The position numbers were made by a program, and so were the translations under genes. This document shows, one piece after another, positions 1 through 9,685 of a DNA stretch of 64,000 nt (position 1 is the stretch's first letter; each line of letters opens with the position of its first letter). The notes beneath the pieces are model-generated. The model made no database searches, had not been told where the DNA came from, and was given only the letters and a program-made list of their open reading frames with translations. Origin of the DNA: Escherichia phage vB_EcoP-CHD5UKE1; sequence record NC_070989.1, one strand, 5' to 3'.

Positions 1-65
1 AGCCTTTCTCTCACTCTCTAAAGGGGTACTAAATAAACGGGTAGCTAATGAATAGGATGGTATAC

Positions 66-99
66 ACGGGGAAATAATTACGGGGAGTAGGCACGGGGA
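66..99 (+). repeat. Three direct copies of ACGGGGA (66-72, 80-86, 93-99) at 13-14 bp spacing in the leader region upstream of the packaging genes
   Basis: Read directly from sequence; non-coding region about 1.4 kb upstream of the terminase genes. Confidence 0.5.
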
Positions 100-550
100 A
101 AGGTGGAATGTTGAAAGGGAAGGTAAAGGCATTGCCATATGAGCTTTTTTAAATGAGGACTCCCCCTTTTTAGGAAACGCGCGGCGAGAGGCTAGCCCCA
201 TTCGGTCAAATCAGAATTTTAAACTCTTATATATAAGGTTGAAAGAGAACTTATGTGGAAAATTAAGTTAATCATTAAGCAATTCAAATGTGATCATGAG
301 TACTATCGGATACGCAAAGCTTACGGGGATGAAAGAGTTCACACCCTTTATAAGTCCACTTGGAGATGTAGTAAATGTGGTAAGCTTAAACACAGCACAT
401 GGATGGATAGGCCTTAACGTGACATGGCCTTTATGGGGGTGCCTTTATGACATACCCTTTACTTCAGCGTACACGGGTTGTTGGTATGGGGTGGCCTTTA
501 CGGGTTAGATATGCCTAGCCCTTTATACTCTTATTCAGAGGAGAAGAATT

Positions 551-805
551 ATGAATTTAGTATTAGACTTTCTATCAGAGATGGTGCCTCGGTTTAGAAC
601 GGAGACATACGCTTTCGTGGTCAATAGTGACTCTGAAGAAGGGATGGAAGCTACATGCTTAGGTCGTCTTGTCGACTTAGATGATGAAACAGATTTCGAT
701 ATTACAATTGATGTAAGTAGTTTTGGTTGGCTCTTCTTCAGAGCATTCCGCACTTACAGAAAAGAAACATACAAAGATTACAGCAAGGGAGATACAAATG
801 AATAA
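551..805 (+). CDS. hypothetical protein (84 aa), acidic
   Basis: ORF with GAGGAG Shine-Dalgarno about 8 nt upstream of ATG; overlaps next gene start by 8 nt. Confidence 0.5.
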   Translation: MNLVLDFLSEMVPRFRTETYAFVVNSDSEEGMEATCLGRLVDLDDETDFDITIDVSSFGWLFFRAFRTYRKETYKDYSKGDTNE

Positions 806-1430
806 TTTAATCCAAGCGATGGACCTTAACGATTACAATTCACAGCCATGTCGCTCTGGTTGTAGTTTACAGCATTTAGAAACTATGGGAAATGTTTCAG
901 GATTGGCTGTACAAGATTTATATAGTGGAAGTATTCTTAAACCAACTATTACGGAGAAGAAAGATATGATGAGTTTAGTAGAACAATACCGTGGACTTCA
1001 AGTCGGTACTATTGGTGATAAATATGAGAACTACTACAAAGATCGCTCAAAAGTACTTGAAGAAGTTGCACGGGCTAAGCCTTCTACTCTGGAGGTAGTT
1101 GAATATGAATCTACTAAACATGATCACCTCCCTGATTATGCTCGCGCAATGATTGAGATGATTGAAGAAGCTGAATATGAAATGCTCCATGATTACATTA
1201 CCTCCAAAGATGAATGGCATCGTGATGTTCGAATCGAAGAGGATGGTACAGAAACAATTACGTGGATTCACAAGAGTGAGCTAGTAGACGACGCACTGCG
1301 AGACTACGAAAAATTTTTGGTCGACGGCTCTATTCTTTTAGAGGAAGAGAAGGGTGCAGAACTTCCGTGGGAAGGTGAGACGATTGCTCTAGGTAAGATG
1401 TTTAACCTGTCCGTTGGTGATTGTAAGTAA
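798..1430 (+). CDS. hypothetical protein (211 aa from ATG at 798; track ORF begins 723)
   Basis: AAGGGAGA RBS before ATG 798; followed by a rho-independent terminator. Confidence 0.5.
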   Translation: MNNLIQAMDLNDYNSQPCRSGCSLQHLETMGNVSGLAVQDLYSGSILKPTITEKKDMMSLVEQYRGLQVGTIGDKYENYYKDRSKVLEEVARAKPSTLEVVEYESTKHDHLPDYARAMIEMIEEAEYEMLHDYITSKDEWHRDVRIEEDGTETITWIHKSELVDDALRDYEKFLVDGSILLEEEKGAELPWEGETIALGKMFNLSVGDCK

Positions 1431-1435
1431 TATTT

Positions 1436-1459
1436 GCCTCCGTTGGGAGGCTTTTTGTG
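1436..1459 (+). terminator. rho-independent terminator (GCCTCC-GTTG-GGAGGC + TTTTTG)
   Basis: Perfect 6-bp stem, 4-nt loop, T-run, immediately after stop at 1430. Confidence 0.7.
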
Positions 1460-1486
1460 TTGTTGATAATGTAGAAGGAGTATAAA

Positions 1487-1960
1487 ATGTTTGGAGAAAA
1501 CGGAGAACTCACGCCTGCACAGGTAGCTGAGATTACAGGAAGATTACCCGGAGTAACGGAAGAACTCGAAAGCCGTGGTATGAACCCAAGCAATGGGAAG
1601 TTTCAAAAGGGAAATAAATTCGGACGACCCAGAGGTAGTAGAGGTAAACTGACACAATTAATGTTGGACCGTGTTGCTGCAAGTCATTTGTCTCCTGATG
1701 AAGTGTTAATTCAAATTTACGAAGATCCTAATATTCCACCTGATCTTAGATTCAAGGCTGCATCAAAAGTTGCAGATCTGGTATATCCTAAGGCGGCCTC
1801 TGTTGAAGTTAAGATTGAGGAAGAGAATGTAATCAACGAAGAATCATTGAATGCACAAATCAAGGACTTCTTGACTGGAGCACTTGGTATCGACGTTATG
1901 CCTCCAGAAGAAGACAACTCTGAGGACGCTGAAAAGGGGGAGGAAGCGGACGAGAGTTAA
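1487..1960 (+). CDS. putative terminase small subunit / DNA-binding protein (157 aa)
   Basis: Position immediately upstream of the large terminase; basic N-terminal region, acidic C-terminus; AAGGAG RBS. Assignment is positional only. Confidence 0.4.
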   Translation: MFGENGELTPAQVAEITGRLPGVTEELESRGMNPSNGKFQKGNKFGRPRGSRGKLTQLMLDRVAASHLSPDEVLIQIYEDPNIPPDLRFKAASKVADLVYPKAASVEVKIEEENVINEESLNAQIKDFLTGALGIDVMPPEEDNSEDAEKGEEADES

Positions 1961-2029
1961 GTAAAGGAAAGAAGGGGAGGTTCTTTGACGAAGGGACTTT
2001 CCCTTTTCTATTTTTAAACTGGAGGAAGC

Positions 2030-3571
2030 ATGTCATTAGATAAACAAATTTATGAAGCTCTAACTGGTAACAACCTTAGTGTAGAGGAAAAGAAAGCACT
2101 ATTGAATATGTTGAAAGAGCGTGACCAATGGAGGAAGTATAATAAGATTTTGTCTTTCAAGGCGTATGACTTCCAAAAGAAATTTTATGCAGCAGGATTG
2201 AAGCATCGCTTTAGATTCTTGTGTGCAGCGAACCGTGTTGGTAAATCTTACAGCGAGGCATACGAGTTTGCTTGTCATGTCACAGGTCGCTACCCAACTT
2301 GGTGGACAGGATATAAATTTAAAAGACCTATCTTAGCATGGGCAGTTGGTATTACAGGGGATTCCACAAGGAAAGTATTGCAAAAGGAATTGTTTGGTAC
2401 ACCTATCGGAAAGGATACAAATTTATTGGGGACAGGTGTCATTCCTCGTGATGCTATCGTCATTGACACGATAGAACGAGATGGTAACAAACTTCAAATC
2501 GTACAAATCAAACATCAAAACGAAAGAGGAGAGTTTGACGGTTTAAGTACATTAGAATTCCGTTCAACCCAACAGGGTGAACACACATTGATGGGTGCAA
2601 CAGTTGACTACATTTGGTTAGACGAAGAAGATCCATACGAGTCTATGGCTATATTCGCACAGTGCGTCACACGTACACTCACAACTAAAGGTCTAGTTAC
2701 AATTACAGCTACACCAGAGAACGGTTTAACTGAACTGGTAGATAAATTCATGAAAGGTGAAGGGGATGAGAGCACAGGTTCTCTATATTTCCAGAATGCT
2801 TCTTGGTGGGATGCTCATGTAGACTTAGGTGGACATATCACTGACCAAGATATAAAAGATATGACTGAAGGTATTCCAGCGTGGCAGTTAGAGATGCGTT
2901 CGAAAGGTATGCCATTGTTAGGAAGTGGTTTGATTTATGATGTATCGGATGACACAATTAAATGTGAACCATTCGAAATTCCTGATACGTGGAAACGCGT
3001 CTGTGCAATTGATATTGGTATTGATCACCCAACTGCTGCTGTTTGGACAGCTTACGATGCAAACACGGATACTATCTATGTTTACGACTCATATAAAGAA
3101 GGTGGCTTTACTCCAGTGTATCATGCTCCAGCTATTAATGGTCGTGGTCAGTGGATTCCTGTCATCCTGCCGCACGATGCGGACAATATTGAGAAAGGTA
3201 GTGGATCATCTGTTGCTCAATTCTATAAGAATGCAGGAGTTAACGTACAGAGTGAGACCTTCTACAACAAAATTGGAATGGATGGTAAAAAGAACTTCTT
3301 TGTAGAACCGGGAATCACAGATATCCGAGAAAGAATGATGAGTGGACGCTTTAAAATCTTTAACACAGCCGCTAATGCTAAGCTATTCGAAGAGAAAGCT
3401 AGATATCACCGTAAGGTTGGTAAGATTATTAAAGAACATGATGACTTAATGGATGCAATGCGCTATTCAGCGTGCTCTGTTACACATCGTGGTCGCTCTA
3501 AGCATGACGTTAGCTACGGAAGTGCTTCTCTGTATGAGGCAAACGTAAGCAGATGGAATCAGAGCTACTAA
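2030..3571 (+). CDS. terL: terminase large subunit (513 aa)
   Basis: Walker A-like CAANRVGKS, Walker B-like IWLDEED, C-terminal nuclease-like region; located just upstream of portal. Confidence 0.88.
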   Translation: MSLDKQIYEALTGNNLSVEEKKALLNMLKERDQWRKYNKILSFKAYDFQKKFYAAGLKHRFRFLCAANRVGKSYSEAYEFACHVTGRYPTWWTGYKFKRPILAWAVGITGDSTRKVLQKELFGTPIGKDTNLLGTGVIPRDAIVIDTIERDGNKLQIVQIKHQNERGEFDGLSTLEFRSTQQGEHTLMGATVDYIWLDEEDPYESMAIFAQCVTRTLTTKGLVTITATPENGLTELVDKFMKGEGDESTGSLYFQNASWWDAHVDLGGHITDQDIKDMTEGIPAWQLEMRSKGMPLLGSGLIYDVSDDTIKCEPFEIPDTWKRVCAIDIGIDHPTAAVWTAYDANTDTIYVYDSYKEGGFTPVYHAPAINGRGQWIPVILPHDADNIEKGSGSSVAQFYKNAGVNVQSETFYNKIGMDGKKNFFVEPGITDIRERMMSGRFKIFNTAANAKLFEEKARYHRKVGKIIKEHDDLMDAMRYSACSVTHRGRSKHDVSYGSASLYEANVSRWNQSY

Positions 3572-3632
3572 AGCAGGGGGGAGGTTTGTCCTCCCTTCTT
3601 TTATTTAAGCTATCAACCGAGGGAGAGAATAG

Positions 3633-5876
3633 ATGGCTAAGCAAAAATATAGTGAAGAGGTGTTGGACGAGTTACGTGTTGACCTTCAACGTCGTTTTAA
3701 TTACGCTCAAGGCTACGTGGACATGGCTGTTAAGGGCTATGCTCGTGAAGCTTGGGAATATTTCTATGGTAACTTACCTGCACCAGTAACTGCTGGCAGC
3801 TCTAGTTGGGTAGATCGTACTGTTTGGGAATCTGTTAACGGTACATTGCAAGATATTATTAACGTATTCTGTTCTGGTGATGAAGCAGTTACTTTCGTAG
3901 CTGACAACCAACAGGATTCTGATGCTGCTGATGTAGCAACTAAATTAGTTAACCAAATTCTTCTGCGTGACAATCCGGGATACAATATTATCTCTTCTGC
4001 TGCACAAGAATGTCTGGTTACTCGTAACTCTTTTATCAAGTATTATTGGGATGAACAAACTTCTACTCAAACTGAAGAAGCTGAAGGTGTACCACCGGAA
4101 GCATTGGCTGCATATGTTCAGGGATTAGAAGCTGGTGGACTCAAGAATCTGGAAGTCTTCACTGAAGAAAATGAAGACGGTACAGTCGATGTTAAAGTTA
4201 CTTACGAACAAACTGTTAAACGTGTGAAAGTTGAATATGTTCCTTCAGAGCAAATCTTTGTTGATGAACATGCTACCTCTTTTGCAGATGCACAATACTT
4301 CTGTCATCGTGTACGTCGTTCTAAAGAAGATCTGGTTGCTATGGGCTTCCCTAAAGATGAGATTGAAGCATTCAACGACTGGACAGACACGATGGATACC
4401 ACTCAATCTACGGTTGCTTGGTCTCGTACTGACTGGCGTCAGGATATTGATGCTGATATTGGTACAGATACCGAAGATATCGCTTCTATGGTTTGGGTTT
4501 ATGAGCACTATATTCGTACTGGTGTTCTAGATAAGAATAAAGAGTCTAAACTCTATCAGGTTATTCAAGCTGGTGAGCATATCCTTCACACTGAAGAAGT
4601 AACTCACATTCCGTTTGTAACCTTCTGTCCGTATCCGATTCCGGGTTCCTTCTATGGTCAATCGGTCTATGACATTACGAAAGATATTCAAGATTTACGT
4701 ACCGCGTTAGTTCGTGGTTATATTGATAACGTCAACAATGCTAACTATGGTCGATACAAAGCTCTTGTTGGTGCATACGACCGTCGCTCTCTGCTTGATA
4801 ACCGTCCCGGTGGAGTGGTTGAAATGGAACGTCAGGACGCTATTGACCTGTTCCCATACCATAACCTACCTCAAGGTATTGACGGCCTTCTAGGCATGTC
4901 TGAGGAGCTTAAAGAGACACGTACCGGTGTAACCAAACTAGGCATGGGTATCAACCCTGATGTGTTTAAGAATGATAACGCTTATGCAACCGTAGGCTTG
5001 ATGATGAATGCTGCACAGAACCGCCTCCGTATGGTATGTCGTAACATTGCTCACAACGGTATGGTTGAACTGATGCGTGGTATTTACAATCTTATCAGAG
5101 AAAATGGTGAAGTTCCTATTGAGGTACAAACCCCTCGTGGTATGATTCAGGTAAATCCGAAACAATTACCAGCTCGTCACAATCTTCAAGTTGTTGTAGC
5201 TATCTCTCCTAATGAGAAAGCAGAACGTGCACAGAAACTGATTAGCTTGAAACAGCTGATTGCAGCAGATGCACAGTTAGCACCTCTCTTTGGTTTGGAG
5301 CAAGACCGTTACATGACTGCACAGATCTTTGAGTTGATGGGTATTAAAGATACACATAAATACCTTCTGCCTCTGGAACAGTATCAGCCTCCAGAACCTT
5401 CTCCGATGGAAATCCTCCAGCTCGAGATGACTAAAGCTCAGGTTGAGAACGTACAGGCTTCTTCTCAGAAGATGATTGCTGATGCATTCGACCAACGTGA
5501 ACGTACTACATTCGAACAGCAGAAAGCTGCGGATGAATTAAGTCTGCGTCAGGAAGAGTTGCAGTTCAAGCAAGAAAATGCAGCAGATGCAATGACTCTG
5601 GAAAACCGTAAAGAAGATAACAATGCTACTCTGGAACAAGCTAAGCACAAGTTAGCTCTTATGCAACAGCAGGTCCGTCAGTATGAATCTGTACTGAAAG
5701 AATTGCAGATGGTTATGTCTCATCAGGTAGACCAAGAGAAGATTGTTCAGCAAGCTCGTGTTCAGGACAAAACTTTGGAACTCCAAAAGAAAGAAGCTAA
5801 TGTAACTAAGAAAGAGCAACAAGCTTCTCTCAAAGATTCACGGATTCCAGGCAAACGTCTTGGAAGTAAAAAGTAA
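3633..5876 (+). CDS. portal protein (747 aa) with C-terminal coiled-coil
   Basis: Size, position between terminase and scaffold, Gln/Glu-rich coiled-coil tail. Confidence 0.8.
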   Translation: MAKQKYSEEVLDELRVDLQRRFNYAQGYVDMAVKGYAREAWEYFYGNLPAPVTAGSSSWVDRTVWESVNGTLQDIINVFCSGDEAVTFVADNQQDSDAADVATKLVNQILLRDNPGYNIISSAAQECLVTRNSFIKYYWDEQTSTQTEEAEGVPPEALAAYVQGLEAGGLKNLEVFTEENEDGTVDVKVTYEQTVKRVKVEYVPSEQIFVDEHATSFADAQYFCHRVRRSKEDLVAMGFPKDEIEAFNDWTDTMDTTQSTVAWSRTDWRQDIDADIGTDTEDIASMVWVYEHYIRTGVLDKNKESKLYQVIQAGEHILHTEEVTHIPFVTFCPYPIPGSFYGQSVYDITKDIQDLRTALVRGYIDNVNNANYGRYKALVGAYDRRSLLDNRPGGVVEMERQDAIDLFPYHNLPQGIDGLLGMSEELKETRTGVTKLGMGINPDVFKNDNAYATVGLMMNAAQNRLRMVCRNIAHNGMVELMRGIYNLIRENGEVPIEVQTPRGMIQVNPKQLPARHNLQVVVAISPNEKAERAQKLISLKQLIAADAQLAPLFGLEQDRYMTAQIFELMGIKDTHKYLLPLEQYQPPEPSPMEILQLEMTKAQVENVQASSQKMIADAFDQRERTTFEQQKAADELSLRQEELQFKQENAADAMTLENRKEDNNATLEQAKHKLALMQQQVRQYESVLKELQMVMSHQVDQEKIVQQARVQDKTLELQKKEANVTKKEQQASLKDSRIPGKRLGSKK

Positions 5877-5885
5877 GGACGTAGA

Positions 5886-6122
5886 ATGAACATTAGGCAT
5901 CAATTCAATAAAGAGCACGCCGCCGCTTTGGCGGCTCTCAATCTTAACGGCAGTCTTGACGCAGCATTAGAGGCATTGAAAGAAAGACTCATGACAGAGA
6001 TAGTTCAAACCGAACCTCATGAGAATAAGAAACGCGAAGATTGTTATCAAAAGTATAAAATGGTGGGTAGCTTAAAAGAGGTCATAAAAGCTGCTATCAA
6101 TAGTGCAGGAGATGTTTCATAA
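5886..6122 (+). CDS. hypothetical protein (78 aa)
   Basis: ORF tightly packed between portal and scaffold genes. Confidence 0.45.
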   Translation: MNIRHQFNKEHAAALAALNLNGSLDAALEALKERLMTEIVQTEPHENKKREDCYQKYKMVGSLKEVIKAAINSAGDVS

Positions 6123-7198
6123 TGCCACAAGATAATTATATTGACCCGAACGATTTTAAATCTTTCCTCCAACTGGATGACCTGAAAGGTTCTTTCAAAG
6201 AAGAACTCGGTCGATTAGAATCTGAACAAGAACCAGAAGTGGACATTGACGATGAGTTCCCGGAAAAAGACGGTGACGATTTCGACTTTGATACCGACCT
6301 TCTCGGTGAAAGCGATGAGCTTAAGTTCGAAGATGAAGATGGTTGGGAAGATCGTGAAGAGGAAGGCGAAGTCGAAGAAGATGAAGATGAATCCTCTGAA
6401 GCAGAAGAACAAGAGGAAGAAGATTCAAGCGATGCAGAGTATGAAGATGATTCTGCTGACGGTGAAGGTGAAGTCTTTGATGTAGACTACGAAACCGTTA
6501 TCACCCTTCCTGATGGACGTGAGATGACTATTGAAGAACTTTCTAATGGCTATCTTACTGGTGCTGATATGACAGAACGAGAATCAACTCTTCAGCGTCA
6601 TATGGAAGCATTCGAGGAACGTGTAGTAGGTTTGAAGGATGTATTAGAACTAGCGTCTTTAGAAGCAGACCGAGTAATTGAAGATTATAACGGTTTTGAT
6701 TGGGACAAGCTTGCAGTAGAAGATCCTCAAGCATATGTTGAAAACAAACGTTTCCTAGAGAAGTACACAGCTCGCCGTCAACAGCTTGAACAGGCTCAGG
6801 TCCGTATTAAGCAGGAAGCAGCAGCTAAAGAGCAGGAAGCTTTCCAAGCCAAGAGTATTGAATGTGTTAATATTCTGAAACGTGAGATTCCAAATTGGGA
6901 TGAAAACTTATATCAAAACTTAATGCAATACGCAATTGACTTAGGTGCCACTGAAGAAGAAGTACTGAAGGAAAACCGTCCGTCTATTTTCCTAGCTCTC
7001 CATAAAGCATACCAATTTGATAAAGGTAAGCAACAGGTGATGGCTAAGATTAAACGTCCCGGTGCTCCACGCAAGGTTGTGAAGTCTGATGCTGCAAAGT
7101 CTCGCACTTCCAATAAGCCCGACAACGCTAAGGTTGCCAAGGCATTCGCAGAGGGTCGCGTTAGTCACGAAGACGCATTCAAATTCCTCGTAGATTAA
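6122..7198 (+). CDS. scaffolding protein (358 aa), highly acidic N-terminal region, coiled-coil
   Basis: Asp/Glu-rich low-complexity segment, helical charged repeats, position directly upstream of capsid gene. Confidence 0.6.
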   Translation: MPQDNYIDPNDFKSFLQLDDLKGSFKEELGRLESEQEPEVDIDDEFPEKDGDDFDFDTDLLGESDELKFEDEDGWEDREEEGEVEEDEDESSEAEEQEEEDSSDAEYEDDSADGEGEVFDVDYETVITLPDGREMTIEELSNGYLTGADMTERESTLQRHMEAFEERVVGLKDVLELASLEADRVIEDYNGFDWDKLAVEDPQAYVENKRFLEKYTARRQQLEQAQVRIKQEAAAKEQEAFQAKSIECVNILKREIPNWDENLYQNLMQYAIDLGATEEEVLKENRPSIFLALHKAYQFDKGKQQVMAKIKRPGAPRKVVKSDAAKSRTSNKPDNAKVAKAFAEGRVSHEDAFKFLVD

Positions 7199-7239
7199 TC
7201 GACAAATTAAATTATTAATAGTATAGGAGCTAACATAAC

Positions 7240-8298
7240 ATGGCTAATCCAACTTTATTTGTATCGTATGACCAGAATGGTAAAAAACTCTCTTTTGCTA
7301 ACTGGATTTCTGTTCTGTCCCCTCAGGATACCCCGTTCGTATCTATGACCGGTAAAGAGTCTATCAACCAGACTATCTTTAGCTGGCAGACCGATGCACT
7401 GGCAAGCGTTGACGGTAATAACGCACACGTCGAAGGCTCTCGTGCTGAAGACGGCGAAATGAAACCGACTGTTATCAAATCTAACGTTACTCAGATTCTG
7501 CGTAAGGTTGTTCGCGTTTCTGATACTGCTAACACCACCGCTAACTACGGTCGTGGTCGTGAGCTGATGTATCAGCTGGAGAAGAAAGGTAAAGAGATCA
7601 AGCGTGACCTCGAGAAAATCCTTCTGTCCGGTCAGGCTCGTACCGATGTTCTGGCTGACCAGTATCTTACTAACTCCGCAGCTGATCCTGCTGTTGCTGG
7701 TCTGAATGACACCCATGCAGCTCGTAAGACTGGTGCATTCCAGTTCCTGTGTGCTCACGGTGGTCTGGCTGGTGGCGTTGTTGACAAGACCAAGAATGGT
7801 CCTGCTGACCCGGATACTGGTGCAGTAACTGTTAAAGTTGCACAGAATGCTTCTAACCCGACCACTAACATCGGTTTTGATGAAGCTGATATCTTTGATA
7901 TGACTCTGCAACTGTACACCGCTGGTTCTGAAGCAGATATCATCATGATTAACCCGGCTCATGCTAAGATCTTCGCTGGTCTGCAAGAAAATACTCAGGG
8001 TTCACGTAAGCGTATCTTTGAGAACACCAAGCAGTTCATCTACGAAGTTAACAGCATCACTGACCCGCTGGGCCAGAGCTACAAAATCATCGTTAACCGT
8101 TGGATGCCTACCGATGCAGTTTACTTCTTCCGTAGCGCTGACTGGACTCAGATGGTTCTGCGTGCTCCGAAACGTACTGAACTGGCTAAAGACGGTTCTT
8201 ACGAGAAGTGGATGATTGAAATGGAAGTTGGTCTGCGTCACCGCAACCCGTATGCTTCCGGAGTTCTGTTCACTGCTGCGGGAAAGGTGGTGGCGTAA
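7240..8298 (+). CDS. major capsid protein (352 aa)
   Basis: Position after scaffold, size, strong terminator downstream, slippery site at its 3' end. Confidence 0.72.
   Translation: MANPTLFVSYDQNGKKLSFANWISVLSPQDTPFVSMTGKESINQTIFSWQTDALASVDGNNAHVEGSRAEDGEMKPTVIKSNVTQILRKVVRVSDTANTTANYGRGRELMYQLEKKGKEIKRDLEKILLSGQARTDVLADQYLTNSAADPAVAGLNDTHAARKTGAFQFLCAHGGLAGGVVDKTKNGPADPDTGAVTVKVAQNASNPTTNIGFDEADIFDMTLQLYTAGSEADIIMINPAHAKIFAGLQENTQGSRKRIFENTKQFIYEVNSITDPLGQSYKIIVNRWMPTDAVYFFRSADWTQMVLRAPKRTELAKDGSYEKWMIEMEVGLRHRNPYASGVLFTAAGKVVA
8280..8286 (+). promoter_or_regulatory. Candidate -1 programmed ribosomal frameshift heptamer G_GGA_AAG in capsid frame, 10 nt before the capsid stop
   Basis: X_XXY_YYZ heptamer identical to the lambda G-T slippery sequence; the -1 frame is open for 179 codons downstream. 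Confidence 0.5.
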
Positions 8299-8822
8299 CA
8301 GTAGACAGTGTGACTGTTAGCCCTGCGTCTTTAGCAAGCCTAGAGACAGGGGCTACTCGGCAGTTCACTGCAAGCGCGGAGAAAAGTGATGGTTCTACCG
8401 AAACAACTGGCTTTACTTGGTCAGTGACAGGAGGTGGTTCTATCACTCAGTCGGGTTTGTATACTGCTCCGAGTGCGTCTCAATCCACTGATGTATCCAT
8501 TACTGCAACTTTAGAAGGTGTTTCTGGTACAGCAACCATTTCTGAAATTGTTGCTCCTGCTCCTACTATTGTAGCTAAGGGTCCAATTACAGGTAAAACT
8601 GGTGGTTCCTCCACTAATTTCACTACCATGTTTACTGTAACTAATTCTGCTGCTGCGGATTACACGTTTGTTGTAATTCCTACAGAAGCTGGTACAGTAA
8701 GCGCAGCTGGTGCGTTAACCTTAGATGCTGCTGCAAGTGGCGAAGTTACTGTTCAAGCAAGTTTGACAGCTGATCCGTCCATCAATGCAACATGCACTTT
8801 TACTGGTGTAACACCTGCTTAA
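8280..8822 (+). CDS. -1 frame C-terminal extension of capsid protein carrying a bacterial Ig-like (Big_2-type) domain
   Basis: Track ORF 8310-8822 has no RBS and begins at GTG; its frame is open back to the slippery site; sequence TVSPASLASLETGATRQFTASA is Big_2-like. Confidence 0.5.
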   Translation, partial: GKGGGVTVDSVTVSPASLASLETGATRQFTASAEKSDGSTETTGFTWSVTGGGSITQSGLYTAPSASQSTDVSITATLEGVSGTATISEIVAPAPTIVAKGPITGKTGGSSTNFTTMFTVTNSAAADYTFVVIPTEAGTVSAAGALTLDAAASGEVTVQASLTADPSINATCTFTGVTPA

Positions 8823-8829
8823 AACTAGA

Positions 8830-8853
8830 CCCTGCCTTCGGGCGGGGTTTTTT
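8830..8853 (+). terminator. rho-independent terminator (CCCTGCC-TTCG-GGCGGGG + TTTTTT)
   Basis: GC-rich hairpin with T6 run right after stop at 8822. Confidence 0.75.
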
Positions 8854-8923
8854 CGTTTTAAGACCTATACAAGCAAGTGTGTAATGTATATTCTTTGTCT
8901 ACATATAACAAGGAGGACAACCT

Positions 8924-9676
8924 ATGGCAATGCCAGATGTTCAATACCCCATCAATACCTATGGGTGGCTAAAGAAGGCCGTGGCCCTCTGGGCAGATAG
9001 GGACGACGATGAATTTGTTAATCAAATTCCAAACTTTATTAACTTTGCAGAGAAAGAGATTTATCGTAACTTACGTATCCCCCCTCTGGAAAAAGAAGTG
9101 TATTTAGATATTAAAGATGGAGTAGCTTATATTCCTCCTGATTACCTAGAAGCTCAATGGATGATGAGAGCCAAAGATGGTACAATCTTCCAAGTAACAT
9201 CTCCTGAAGAGATTAGCTATCGTAGACAGCATGGAACAATTAACCCATCTCACTGGAACAACCAACCTGTTAACTTTGCTCGTTTCGGTAGTCGTTTCAT
9301 TTTCTATCCTAGCATTGAAGCAGATACTCCGTACTACCCTGATGATGGAAGCCCTTTGATTCCAGCAGAAAACTCAGTGATTCTTAGCTATTATGCAGAC
9401 CCACCGGAATTCCATGAAGATACAGATACTAGTACTATTCTTACTATAGCACCAGAACTTCTTCTGTACTTCACCCTACGTCATGCTTGTCTCTTTGTTC
9501 AAGATGATAATGGTGTTCAGAAATGGTCAGCATTAGGAAAAGCTATCCTTGATGAAATGGTAGAACAGAATAAGAAACAAGAGTACTCAGGTTCACCTAT
9601 CGCAATTCCGAATAACATGACTCGACTTCAGAGCAGCCTGCCTGATATTTATGGTATTCGTACTTCTCGTGTATAA
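8924..9676 (+). CDS. virion structural protein (250 aa), possible head-tail adaptor
   Basis: Position between capsid and tail fiber genes; AGGAGGA RBS. Confidence 0.45.
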   Translation: MAMPDVQYPINTYGWLKKAVALWADRDDDEFVNQIPNFINFAEKEIYRNLRIPPLEKEVYLDIKDGVAYIPPDYLEAQWMMRAKDGTIFQVTSPEEISYRRQHGTINPSHWNNQPVNFARFGSRFIFYPSIEADTPYYPDDGSPLIPAENSVILSYYADPPEFHEDTDTSTILTIAPELLLYFTLRHACLFVQDDNGVQKWSALGKAILDEMVEQNKKQEYSGSPIAIPNNMTRLQSSLPDIYGIRTSRV

Positions 9677-9685
9677 GGAGATAAT

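Noticed and set aside
290-508. 72-aa plus-strand ORF in the leader region
   Set aside because: GTG start without a Shine-Dalgarno, odd Trp/Gly/Tyr-rich translation; more likely non-coding leader sequence
7255-7986. 243-aa ORF on the minus strand inside the major capsid gene
   Set aside because: Antisense shadow ORF within a well-supported coding region; no RBS, low-complexity Ser/Thr-rich translation
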